From: a virus
Taxonomy: Duplodnaviria; Heunggongvirae; Uroviricota; Caudoviricetes
Strand: one strand, 5' to 3'
Length of the DNA stretch: 64,000 nucleotides
Virus record (IMG/VR): IMGVR_UViG_3300028797_000103
Location: 23,685-87,684 of that record
Both the position numbers and the translations under genes were made by a program. This document shows, in pieces, positions 17,260-26,970 of this stretch (position 1 is the first letter of the stretch; every line of letters starts with the position of its first letter). The notes below the pieces were generated by a model. It did no database searches, had not been told where the DNA came from, and worked only from the letters and a program-made list of their open reading frames with translations.

Positions 17260-20010
17260 TTAGTTTAATTTATCAAATGCTGAAGCATAACTTCTTCGGA
17301 ATTCCTCAGATTCATACCCCATAGTTGCTGGAGATTTTCCGTATTTATCTTCCTCCTGAAGAGTCCTATAAACTGAAAGAAATCTCTTTAAAGTCTTGTT
17401 GTTTGTTGCTTTTGACATTTCAAGGTCTTTCAAAAATTCATCGAACATGTCTTCAGCAATCTTTGCTTTCATTTGATCGCTGACCGCCATAGATTGAATT
17501 TCCCCGCCTTTGTATATTTTTTCAAGGGCTGCGTTTAGCATATCCTTAAGGGCGTGCAGTTTATCTATGTTGTGAGCATTTGGCATTGCCGCCGAGTCAT
17601 CACCGAACGTTTCGTCAAATATCTGGGTTTCAAATTCCTTTATTGACTTTCTATATTCTTCCCTGCTCTTTGCTATAACATCTTCTTCGATTTGTGTTGC
17701 TTCAGATTTACTCGAATCGGGGAAACGATTTTTATAACCGGAAGAATTTGCTCTTTCAGCATCGGTTTGGGTTGTTACCGTGTCCGTATCATCTGGTTCA
17801 GTAATATAAAAATTGTTTATCTCTTTTTCCGGTGTATTTGGAATATCTATAGAGAAGTTATCGATTTTCTCTTTTTCTGATTCGGTTAAGGTACCTATTG
17901 TGTCACTTTCATATTTTTCAGACTCTTCCGTAAAAATTTTACGATAGTTGTCTGAATGTTTTTTCTCTTTCTCTGTAAGTGTATCTATAGACTCTTCTCT
18001 GGTTCTTTGATATAAAACGATTGGTGTTGAATTTTCTTCATCGTCTTCGTGTTTATCTGCGGCAGATTTTATATCTGTGTCTTGTATTTCAAAATCAAGA
18101 TCTTTTCTTTCACCTGGTTTCCCATTTCCGTATTCCGTACCGGTAACAAATTCATCGTTTTCTCCGACATATTCTTCGTAAACTATTCCAGTTGCATTTT
18201 TTTCTGCATTTTTTCTTTCTTCGTCATTCAACTCAGATTTAATTGCGTTTAAGTTGCTTTTTGTTTTTTTGTCTGGATATGTAGCGGTACTGTTTCTTCC
18301 AATATGATCTAATGCAACTTCTCCAGCACCTTCATCTTTAACAAATCGTCTTGCTGTATCAAGACCTTCGTTTAATAGAGATGTTGTTAGAGCCATCGCT
18401 GAGGTTTTTGTTGTAACAAGTTCAGGGGAATATTTCATTTTTTCAATTCCCTGATAGTTCTTTGGTGATGATTGATCTGTTGTATAATTTAATCTTTCAG
18501 ACGGATTTGATGGTCTTGTTGTTATTTTTTTTGTTTCTTCAGCAATTTTCGTCTCGTCGTATTCTGGTCTTCTTTTTGCCAGCAAATCGTCACTCAATCG
18601 TGTTCCGACATCTTTCTTTCCGTCTTTCCCGTTTACGGTTTGGTTAATTGTACCATCAAACGCATAAACACCGTTATCCATTTGTAAGTATCTGTTTAAT
18701 GGATAATCTTGATATTCTCTAACTTGACCTACTTTTATTTTTATTTTTGGCGATATTGACTTTCTGCTATTCCAAGAATCAAGCGAATCAATATGAGACA
18801 TCGTTTCAGAAATGTCAAATTCGCACATATGACACTCATAACAAATTGTTGGCATAACGTGATTTATTGCGTTATCCACAGCAAGCAAATCATTCATTAT
18901 GTCTTTTATTCCTGCGTATACTTCGCTCGCGGCATCTACTGTGCTTGAAACGAGATTCACCGCTTTTGTTATGTTGCTTTGTGTTCCCAAAAATGAATTT
19001 GAAATTGCGGTTCCTTGAGCAACAGCATTTTGTATTGCGCCTATAACATCGGTTTTTCCTGGGTAAGTTGCATTGTTTAATGCATCTATTGTATTTGTAT
19101 ATTTGTTTTCCTGATTTTTTCTTGCATTCGGCATCCAAGTATGAAACAATCGTACTTCGGAAACGTATATTCTCATTCCAAAGTATCTCATCATATCAGG
19201 AACAACCCATCTTTGATAAACATCATCCCAAACTATTTTTCTATAAAGGTTCAGAAGATATGTTATTCTTTGGTCCAGAGCCTCTAAACAGTCTATTGTT
19301 ATAACTGCGTCCTTTAAACGCATTCCGCGTTTAGGATCAACGTTTGTTAAACTTTGAAGACCAGATATTGATGTAAAATAGAATGGATAAACATACTGTA
19401 TATCTTTCAATGCTTTTTTGAAAGTCTCAAGCATGTTGGCTCTTCTATATTCACCTAAGCTTGCTCTAAGGTAATGCTCAGTTGAATATCTACTTGAACC
19501 AATTTTGTTTTCAACGTGTCCGCTTCCATCTAAAGCTTGTTGTGTTTGCTCGACACCTTCGAAATATTCAACCTTTTCGTTGTTTCCTTCGTTATCCGTG
19601 TTAGTCACTTTAACGCTATCCTCTAAAAATGGTTCAGGCATAAAATCATATGTTGGGAGTATTCCATTAAGAGATTTATAAAAAACATCGTTGTTATTAT
19701 AAACTCTGTTTCTTATAGCGTCTTCGAATATAAATTCAACTCTAAATGTTAAATATGTTGGTTCGTCGTAAGCTCTTGCAAAAAATTTTGGAGCGAACGC
19801 GCTCTTAACGCTATTCTTTCCAGAATTTATTATTCCTGGAAGAAATCCGTTAGTGTATATGTCTCTTATGTTTAGAGGGGAGTCGTATTTGTTAGTAAGA
19901 GACTTTATTTTATTTGCATAACTACCTGCGGCTCTGCCTAAATTGCCTAGAGCAGAGTTTGCGGCACCATGTCCGCCAGCCATGCCTATTGCTGTATCAA
20001 CTAATCCCAT
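17260..20010 (-). CDS. putative baseplate/tail-tube-initiator-like protein with long acidic C-terminus
   Basis: 916 aa between gp5 and the hub gene; DEPTYLTF, YFTSISGL, ITIDCLE. The function is tentative. Confidence 0.45.
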   Translation of the reverse strand: MGLVDTAIGMAGGHGAANSALGNLGRAAGSYANKIKSLTNKYDSPLNIRDIYTNGFLPGIINSGKNSVKSAFAPKFFARAYDEPTYLTFRVEFIFEDAIRNRVYNNNDVFYKSLNGILPTYDFMPEPFLEDSVKVTNTDNEGNNEKVEYFEGVEQTQQALDGSGHVENKIGSSRYSTEHYLRASLGEYRRANMLETFKKALKDIQYVYPFYFTSISGLQSLTNVDPKRGMRLKDAVITIDCLEALDQRITYLLNLYRKIVWDDVYQRWVVPDMMRYFGMRIYVSEVRLFHTWMPNARKNQENKYTNTIDALNNATYPGKTDVIGAIQNAVAQGTAISNSFLGTQSNITKAVNLVSSTVDAASEVYAGIKDIMNDLLAVDNAINHVMPTICYECHMCEFDISETMSHIDSLDSWNSRKSISPKIKIKVGQVREYQDYPLNRYLQMDNGVYAFDGTINQTVNGKDGKKDVGTRLSDDLLAKRRPEYDETKIAEETKKITTRPSNPSERLNYTTDQSSPKNYQGIEKMKYSPELVTTKTSAMALTTSLLNEGLDTARRFVKDEGAGEVALDHIGRNSTATYPDKKTKSNLNAIKSELNDEERKNAEKNATGIVYEEYVGENDEFVTGTEYGNGKPGERKDLDFEIQDTDIKSAADKHEDDEENSTPIVLYQRTREESIDTLTEKEKKHSDNYRKIFTEESEKYESDTIGTLTESEKEKIDNFSIDIPNTPEKEINNFYITEPDDTDTVTTQTDAERANSSGYKNRFPDSSKSEATQIEEDVIAKSREEYRKSIKEFETQIFDETFGDDSAAMPNAHNIDKLHALKDMLNAALEKIYKGGEIQSMAVSDQMKAKIAEDMFDEFLKDLEMSKATNNKTLKRFLSVYRTLQEEDKYGKSPATMGYESEEFRRSYASAFDKLN

Positions 20011-20014
20011 ATCT

Positions 20015-21637
20015 TTAAATCATTTCCGGAGTTGGCCACTCCCTACGTTTTAATATGTATTTTGTGGTGAATGGACTGTTCGCGTTTTCACCTACGCTCA
20101 ATTTATATTCATATTCAACAGAGTCTATATAATAATATCCGCTGTACAATCTGTTTGCGTCTAACGGAACATCATTTTTTGAGAAGTTGTTCGCTGTCGA
20201 TTTTTCGAGCTCGTTGTTATAAATTATATAAATTGGAACTCGTTCGCCTTTCATTATCTGAAGATTTAGTCCATCGACTTCTACATATAGATACATTTTA
20301 TCCAATTCCGATAAATTCTGTTCATTGTGGTATACTGAATTTCCGTAATTTTTATGAACGTTACCTTTCCAATTGTTCGGATTTGATGATTTATCAGAAT
20401 CACTAAGTGTGTATTCTATTCCGGACCAAACATTTCTTGTGTAGGTATCAACGAAATTATAGTTTACTCTTGCGAGTTCATTTTCTGGGTTTTGATCTAC
20501 ATCATATTTTGCCCTTCCCCTCAAGACCATATTTGTGTCGGTTTTATTTTTGTCGAATGTCGGAATCATATTCAACACACTGAACGCATCGTTGTTATCC
20601 TTTTCGAGCAATTCCTGATTATGTATGAATGAATATACGTTTGTTGAATATCCAACAGACATTGACACGCCAGTTGATGTATTAAACGGCGTCCACTTTT
20701 TAACATAAAACGGAGAACCTACAAATTGAGGCGAGTTCGACAAAAGTTTTATTGTTACCTTTGCTTGATTTACATCTTGTTCAGGAGACTGTAGGTTATA
20801 CATATTAAGGGCATTTGTTGCAAATGTCAAATCCACAGTTTCCTCGTTTTCGTCGCTCATTAAGAACTTGTTAATATTGACATAGCACAAATTGTAATAA
20901 AGGTCAATCCAAGTCTTGAAGAATGATGTGTTGTTTTTCCAAGAATGCGACGTTACAGAATTTATAAAAGATTCTGTTGATTCCATACACTGAATCCAGT
21001 TCTGATAATCATCCGTGTCGTCATAGTCGTTGAACGCGAAACCGATACCGTAGTGTTTTGATATCTGTCTCATAACATCTCTAGATGTTCCAACATACGC
21101 TGTTGTTTTATTTCTGGAATCGAATCCCGGAATAAACAATCTTCCTCCGATCTTAACGGTCACTCCGTTGTCGTTTGTCGTTCCGTTGTTTGTGGAGACT
21201 GACATTATTATGAAATCATCTCTGAGATATGTCAGCGCATTTGTCGTGCTTCTTAAAAACAAAGAAATGATGTCTCCGTCCTTCGGCATATTTTTACTTA
21301 TGAACGATCTATCTTCAAATTTCAAGACTAAAGATATTGAAGGAACAAAATCAGACATAGATATATTCATTTTCTGAAGAGCCTTTCTCGGTATCATCAT
21401 ATCGTTTATTCTTATAGCCGGAAACGCGAGACCCATATCATCTGTCATCTTGTCGCCACCCTGCATTGGGTTATGAGCATACTCGCTCACATCCAACCGC
21501 ATCTCATCAAACTTTATTGTTTTTACGATGTTTGGATCTTCAACCAATCTGACTATGCTTGCATCTTTATTTTGTTCAGGTATGCTTGAAAATGATGCAG
21601 GCGCGTCAGTTTTTATGTCAAATGTGTACTCAGCCAT
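20015..21637 (-). CDS. putative baseplate hub protein (gp27-like)
   Basis: 540 aa between gp53-like and gp5; hub-like layout ending LYSGYYYIDSVEYEY...TKYILKRREW. Confidence 0.5.
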   Translation of the reverse strand: MAEYTFDIKTDAPASFSSIPEQNKDASIVRLVEDPNIVKTIKFDEMRLDVSEYAHNPMQGGDKMTDDMGLAFPAIRINDMMIPRKALQKMNISMSDFVPSISLVLKFEDRSFISKNMPKDGDIISLFLRSTTNALTYLRDDFIIMSVSTNNGTTNDNGVTVKIGGRLFIPGFDSRNKTTAYVGTSRDVMRQISKHYGIGFAFNDYDDTDDYQNWIQCMESTESFINSVTSHSWKNNTSFFKTWIDLYYNLCYVNINKFLMSDENEETVDLTFATNALNMYNLQSPEQDVNQAKVTIKLLSNSPQFVGSPFYVKKWTPFNTSTGVSMSVGYSTNVYSFIHNQELLEKDNNDAFSVLNMIPTFDKNKTDTNMVLRGRAKYDVDQNPENELARVNYNFVDTYTRNVWSGIEYTLSDSDKSSNPNNWKGNVHKNYGNSVYHNEQNLSELDKMYLYVEVDGLNLQIMKGERVPIYIIYNNELEKSTANNFSKNDVPLDANRLYSGYYYIDSVEYEYKLSVGENANSPFTTKYILKRREWPTPEMI

Positions 21638-22232
21638 TGTTATTCCTTAATACTGATGTTAAAAAATCACCTATTGTCGTTCCGTCTGTAGCACAATCTA
21701 CTATCGATGAGTCGACAGATTTTAGTTTTTCGTCTATTGCTCCAAAATATAGTTTTCCGTCTTTTACTGTAACTCCAGATTTTCCTGTCTTTGAAATGTT
21801 TGGTTCTTCTGGTGTTTTTCCTATCTTCTTTTCGTTTGACTCCGAGCCAACCGCATTAGGAACCTTTGATTTGTCAATATATTTGTGAAGGTTCTTGATC
21901 GCATTGAAAGCTCCTTTGCTGGTGTCATATTCTTCTTTTATAGGAACATATATAGAGTCCATTCTCATTGAGAAAATTAGGTCATCACACTCCAAACTGA
22001 AAGGATTTTCAATCATTGCATATTTCAAAATCATTTCAGTATAGTCAGTAGTCCCATACAAATCCAATGAAACCTTATCTGGTCTCATGTCGTGTCTGTG
22101 GGTGGCTTTGAACAGCGTGTATATGTTTGATTTTCCTTTGTTTTTATCAAATATGCTATCAGCCAAATCAACAACGATGTCTCCATCGTCGTTGACATAT
22201 GTCTTTTTAGAATCTAATGATTTTGAAAACAT
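21630..22232 (-). CDS. gp53: baseplate wedge protein gp53-like (LysM-like)
   Basis: RPDKVSLDLYGTTDYTEMILKYAMIENPFSL matches the gp53 RPD..S..LYG....W.IL..N.I.NPF pattern. Confidence 0.7.
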   Translation of the reverse strand: MFSKSLDSKKTYVNDDGDIVVDLADSIFDKNKGKSNIYTLFKATHRHDMRPDKVSLDLYGTTDYTEMILKYAMIENPFSLECDDLIFSMRMDSIYVPIKEEYDTSKGAFNAIKNLHKYIDKSKVPNAVGSESNEKKIGKTPEEPNISKTGKSGVTVKDGKLYFGAIDEKLKSVDSSIVDCATDGTTIGDFLTSVLRNNNG

Positions 22233-22251
22233 TATTTAATAAACTTATGGT

Positions 22252-22986
22252 TTATGGAAACATTAGGAACCAGTCCGGCATGTTTCTCTTATCTATAGCT
22301 TCTTTTATTTCATCCATCTCGGTTTTTCCCTGCTCTTCGTACATAGACGTTAACTGAATTTGACCGAGCAAACTTCCTTCATATGTCTTCAATACTCTAT
22401 GTATCTGTCGTTTTGTTCTGGCTATAACCCATCTTTGGAAATAGTAGTCGTCATAAAGATTGCTGTCGTCTATTTCAACAAAACATAATATTAGGACTGG
22501 ATTTAGTGGATCATGTCCAGTTATTGTTAAGCGTTTTGTATTCACGTTGAATTTAAACCCAATATCATATAACGTGAAGCTTCTAGCTAAATCAAAGAAG
22601 CTGTAACTTATTGTTCTTGACGTTATGATGTCGCTCATAAATGGACCAGAAAGATATAGGTCAGAATTCATAACTCTGTCAAAATTTAAGTCAGGATCGT
22701 TTATTCCAAACAATCTTGCAGAGTCCTTTATCTCTCTAAACTCCTGAACGCCCCAAACACATGGAGGAAGTTGTATCGTTCTTGATGCTTTGAACTCTGG
22801 GCGTCTGAATGCATCAACAGAGATGTATCCATATCTCAGTTCAACGGTATCCCTCCACTCTCTGTGAACGTATTTCTTCTCTGCTTCTATGATACGTTCT
22901 ATTTCTTTTGTGTTTACAGGTAAGTCTAACGAACCAGAATTTGTTAGTTCATCAACTACCATTTGTGTTAATTCTTGCTTAGTCAT
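22252..22986 (-). CDS. neck/head-tail adaptor (gp13-like)
   Basis: IQLPPCVWGV...FNVNTKRL..G...LYDDYYFQRWVIARTK...YEEQGKTEMDEI follows the gp13-like pattern. Confidence 0.6.
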   Translation of the reverse strand: MTKQELTQMVVDELTNSGSLDLPVNTKEIERIIEAEKKYVHREWRDTVELRYGYISVDAFRRPEFKASRTIQLPPCVWGVQEFREIKDSARLFGINDPDLNFDRVMNSDLYLSGPFMSDIITSRTISYSFFDLARSFTLYDIGFKFNVNTKRLTITGHDPLNPVLILCFVEIDDSNLYDDYYFQRWVIARTKRQIHRVLKTYEGSLLGQIQLTSMYEEQGKTEMDEIKEAIDKRNMPDWFLMFP

Positions 22987-22990
22987 TTCT

Positions 22991-25336
22991 TTATAGTGTA
23001 TTTGCTAGTTGCCAAGGATTTACAAAATATCTTGGAATTGTTAAACCTTCTTTATAATCTTCAGAGTATACCTTAGGTTCAAGAGACGGCATTGATGCTG
23101 TACCTCCTTCGTATATATAACCTCTATTTTTAAGTGGACCTTTTTGTGTTCTGGCTATAAATGCCGTAGCGTTTGTAAACATTTTGTTTCGTGTCTCCTC
23201 ATATTTCATTCTTCCGTCAACTCCCCTAGAGTCTGCTCCTCCGGTGTTTTCATCTACTTTTGTTTCGTAGTCAGCTGACGTTTTGAATTCTTCGGAAAGT
23301 GCATAAATTCTTCCGTAACCTCTGTTGAACATAGATTCGATTGCGTCCCTGTCTCTTCCTAATCCGTGTTTTAATGATACAACAGCTTCAAATCCTATTG
23401 GGAAATCATCTGGTCCAAGTTCATCGCTGAATTTTATATCAACGTTGTCGCATATTAGGTTACCTATTGTTGCAATAGGGTTAAGAGGGTTTCCTATCGT
23501 GAGATGCCAGTCTCCAACAGGGTCTCCGGATAAGAGTGCTCTTTGGTTTGTTATATATGGTATTGTTGCACCCTTCAACGCTTTTGCGGCGAGGTGTTTT
23601 TGAACAGCGTTTCCAGTTTTTGTCTTTGTGAATTCAGAAAACACTTGACTCAATGATTTATTTTCATCTGCTTTCCCACCGTCGTCGTTACCAGTCAACT
23701 TATTTACAACACCAGTAACGAATGACATCGCAGCCTTAAACATACCACCAATAGCAGCACCGATGTCAGGAAGGAATGAAGCAAGACCTTCTCCAGATTC
23801 TGAGAATACTGCCGATGTAGCCCTACTTATTGCGCCGTTCTTTCCGAAAATTTTACCCTGATATAAAGCATTCATAGTATCTTGAAACTTAAACGGATAC
23901 ATTGAAGGTTTTGAATTTCTATATCGCCACATTCCACCAAACCAAGTTCCCGATGAATATGTAAGAAGAAGTATATTCGCCAACAAATCGAGCAAAACAG
24001 CTTTATTGTTTATTCCGGCAATTGGTCTTGCTACATATTCGAATTTTATCTTTATTCCGTCTTGTGTAAATTCAAGACCCCTTTGTCTTTTATATGTGTC
24101 CATTACTACATTAACCGGACCAAGTATTCTGTTTTCGTATGGTCCTTGGTTGTATGGATCTGGTATAGATGACGCTGCTGCGCCCTCAAGGTTCGTTCCG
24201 CCTCTTCCAGCAACATCTCCAAGGAAACCGAGAACTTTTGACATTTTTTGAAGACCTCCACTAAGTCCACCCAAAAGTCCGCCCCCGCTATCATTTAGAA
24301 AGTCCGCCCCTGCATCACTCTGTGCACTTGTTATATCGTGTGGGTTTTTATTGTCTCCGATTTTTTCCCACTTATACTTCGCAGAAAATGCCAATAAATC
24401 AGAAAGGTTGTTTCCAGTTTCTTCTCCGAAGTATGTTACGGCTGTAGCCATAGGAACCCACGCTGCTTTGGAATTTTTTCCGGTCCAAGTGTGGGTCTTT
24501 CCGTCAGCGTCTTTAGTTTGCCACTCTCCGTCTTCAGGACCAGGTTTTGATTCTGATGTAACATAATCAGGGAATTCTATGTGGTCAGTAACTGGTTCCG
24601 CGTACCTTCTTAGTGTTATTAACCTGTTGTTTTCAATTTTATTCCACCATTTACAGAAAACGAAATCTGTGAATGCATATGGTTGTGTTCCCCTGTATGA
24701 TTCATTTCCCCATTTTATAAGTGTTGTTGTGGTTGGTGCCTTTGCATAACCGCCGGAAGAATCCCCGTCTATTTCATAGTATTTTCTTTTCCAGAATTCA
24801 TCATACCCAAGGTTCATTCTTGCTGTGTTGTAATTTCCAGCTGAACCAGCAAGCTTCACTATTGCATATGGGTGAACCATTGCCCTATGACCTATATAAC
24901 TAAACCTATATTTGTCAAGTAGCGCAATTGTGTCCTTTTTCTGTTGTTCAAGGTGTGCAATTTCTGCTGCATTTGCTGACGCATCCTCTTGCTTTAGCTC
25001 ATCAATTTTCTTTTCTATTGCACTTGGCGTTTCATAGAAATCAGAAACGTATGAGAAAGAGTTTGTATATTGAGATGCTCCGCCGCTTCCGGTTGCATTT
25101 CCAGAACTGTCTTTGTTTGAATTAAATTCACCAGTTGTCGAATCATACGTTCCTCCGCTTGCACTCGCATCATCTATAGAAACATATGTATAATGGGGAT
25201 AATATATCTGCTGAAGACGATCCACTGAAGAGTCTCCGGCAGAGTTTATTACTTTATTTTCTTCTAGAACGAGTTCTCTGTAGACCCTCGTGTCAAAGAA
25301 CGGAAAATATCCCATATGTTTTTTCTCGCCTGCCAT
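22991..25336 (-). CDS. putative baseplate/tail-tube-cap-like virion protein
   Basis: 781 aa in the neck/baseplate operon; the function is tentative. Confidence 0.45.
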   Translation of the reverse strand: MAGEKKHMGYFPFFDTRVYRELVLEENKVINSAGDSSVDRLQQIYYPHYTYVSIDDASASGGTYDSTTGEFNSNKDSSGNATGSGGASQYTNSFSYVSDFYETPSAIEKKIDELKQEDASANAAEIAHLEQQKKDTIALLDKYRFSYIGHRAMVHPYAIVKLAGSAGNYNTARMNLGYDEFWKRKYYEIDGDSSGGYAKAPTTTTLIKWGNESYRGTQPYAFTDFVFCKWWNKIENNRLITLRRYAEPVTDHIEFPDYVTSESKPGPEDGEWQTKDADGKTHTWTGKNSKAAWVPMATAVTYFGEETGNNLSDLLAFSAKYKWEKIGDNKNPHDITSAQSDAGADFLNDSGGGLLGGLSGGLQKMSKVLGFLGDVAGRGGTNLEGAAASSIPDPYNQGPYENRILGPVNVVMDTYKRQRGLEFTQDGIKIKFEYVARPIAGINNKAVLLDLLANILLLTYSSGTWFGGMWRYRNSKPSMYPFKFQDTMNALYQGKIFGKNGAISRATSAVFSESGEGLASFLPDIGAAIGGMFKAAMSFVTGVVNKLTGNDDGGKADENKSLSQVFSEFTKTKTGNAVQKHLAAKALKGATIPYITNQRALLSGDPVGDWHLTIGNPLNPIATIGNLICDNVDIKFSDELGPDDFPIGFEAVVSLKHGLGRDRDAIESMFNRGYGRIYALSEEFKTSADYETKVDENTGGADSRGVDGRMKYEETRNKMFTNATAFIARTQKGPLKNRGYIYEGGTASMPSLEPKVYSEDYKEGLTIPRYFVNPWQLANTL

Positions 25337-25338
25337 AA

Positions 25339-26874
25339 TTATCTCTGTTTACCCATGTATGGTTTGTTGAGATATGTGTCTGCGCTGTCGTTTATTATAG
25401 CGTGACTGTCGTTTCTAGCATTATATGAAACGAGATCCAATATCTCTTTGTCTATATTTTTGTTAAATGTGTTGTAAAGTCTTATGTTGGTTATATCAGC
25501 GTCCGATGAGATTAACCTGTAGTTCTTAATCTCAATGCTATCATATATTTTGTTCTCTATGTCTTCAATGTTTTCGATTCTTTCTAATCCGGTTTCAGAT
25601 TTGAATACGTCAACAGAGAATGTTTCTCCAAAGTTAATTATTATTCCGTACCATTTTCCTGCGTCTATCGGTTTGTCAAACCTTATAAGTTTTTCGTTTT
25701 CACCTGTGGATATGGAAACCATATTCAAACCAAGGACTCTGATTGAAAAATCTTCGCCAGATATAAGGTTGATTGTGTTACAGTGCGATAGCGTAAATCC
25801 GGGGAGTTTATACCATCGTGGATTCAGCTTTGAAAATTCCTTTGCCAATTCAGAGTTTATGAGAATTCTTCCGGACGACACAACAACTCCAGGAACAGAT
25901 ATCAGTCCTCTTGACATTATAACTTCTTCTCCCTTCTTAAAATTCTTTCCTGTTGTTGTGAGTATATAGCATTTTCCATCAACGACCTCAAGTTCCGTGT
26001 CAGATGATTTTACATTCTTTATGGTTTTGTTTGAACTGTCTTTTGATCTGAACCAAGCGGAAAGACATCTCTCATCTGATTTTGTGAATTTATCACCGGT
26101 CTTATATTTTACAACTATTTCCCCGTACGTTTTCATATTGTAATAGTTTCTGGCAACCGTATGCCCATCAACTATAAGTTCATATGATTCTATTACAGAA
26201 ACCTCCTGTTTACCAGTTTCCGGGTTTATATCTTTCGAAACCTCTTTATGAATGTCTTCAGATGTTGATGTGTATTTTGAGATCTGCTTATCATCAACGA
26301 TATCTTTCAAAGTTTCATCAATTTCCTTTCCAAATCTTTCATCAAGATTTGTAGTATTCTCCTTAATTGAGTCTTTGAGATTTTCACCAACAATTCTGCT
26401 TCGCATAGGCTTGTATATCTCTAGGTTGACTTTGTAACCGGTAAGCTGTCCGCCAACGCTTTTTACAGGAGTCATGCTTGCAACCTGAAGAAGTTTTCTC
26501 GTTATTGGAACAAATACAATATCCTTTTCCTGTGGTATAGTTCCATCATTTTCTGTTGCTTTTTTCCAAGTTTCAAGAGCGATATCAAGCGTCATAGGGA
26601 TATTAAAATTCAACCCCATTATGTTATATGTTATCGCTCCTTCATCATAACCGGTGTCTGTATAAACGGCTTTGAAGCTTAATGGACAATCTTCTACGCC
26701 ATACAGCGTATACGATTGAAAAATTACGTCCTGACTTCTCTTGTCTGGTGTCGCTCTGAACCACATAACATCCACCCCCAGCATTTCTGCTGCGGATGCG
26801 TTAAGGCTGGCTAAAATAGTATTCGCATATCTTGCAGCAGCCTCTTGAAGCGATGATGTTAAGTTTGTTGCCAT
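25339..26874 (-). CDS. neck protein (gp14-like) with C-terminal beta-sandwich extension
   Basis: GVDVMWFR...PQEKDIVFVPITRKLLQV resembles gp14; C-terminal WYGIIINF...ITNIRLYN resembles LamG/ConA; late motif 20 nt upstream. Confidence 0.55.
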   Translation of the reverse strand: MATNLTSSLQEAAARYANTILASLNASAAEMLGVDVMWFRATPDKRSQDVIFQSYTLYGVEDCPLSFKAVYTDTGYDEGAITYNIMGLNFNIPMTLDIALETWKKATENDGTIPQEKDIVFVPITRKLLQVASMTPVKSVGGQLTGYKVNLEIYKPMRSRIVGENLKDSIKENTTNLDERFGKEIDETLKDIVDDKQISKYTSTSEDIHKEVSKDINPETGKQEVSVIESYELIVDGHTVARNYYNMKTYGEIVVKYKTGDKFTKSDERCLSAWFRSKDSSNKTIKNVKSSDTELEVVDGKCYILTTTGKNFKKGEEVIMSRGLISVPGVVVSSGRILINSELAKEFSKLNPRWYKLPGFTLSHCNTINLISGEDFSIRVLGLNMVSISTGENEKLIRFDKPIDAGKWYGIIINFGETFSVDVFKSETGLERIENIEDIENKIYDSIEIKNYRLISSDADITNIRLYNTFNKNIDKEILDLVSYNARNDSHAIINDSADTYLNKPYMGKQR

Positions 26875-26894
26875 TTATATAAAATCCCTTTCTG

Positions 26895-26902
26895 TATTTA
26901 TC
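26895..26902 (-). promoter_or_regulatory. putative late promoter
   Basis: GATAAATA 20 nt before 26874, heading the neck/baseplate operon. Confidence 0.65.
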
Positions 26903-26950
26903 CATTTATGTGGAAAAGTGCCGTTTTTATTTCCTTAACCCAAATATTTT

Positions 26951-26963
26951 CAGTATATTTGCA
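26951..26963 (+). promoter_or_regulatory. Bacteroidetes-type (host sigma) promoter -7 element
   Basis: CAGTATATTTGCA (TAnnTTTG), 7 nt before uvsW. Confidence 0.75.
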
Positions 26964-26970
26964 CAGAATT

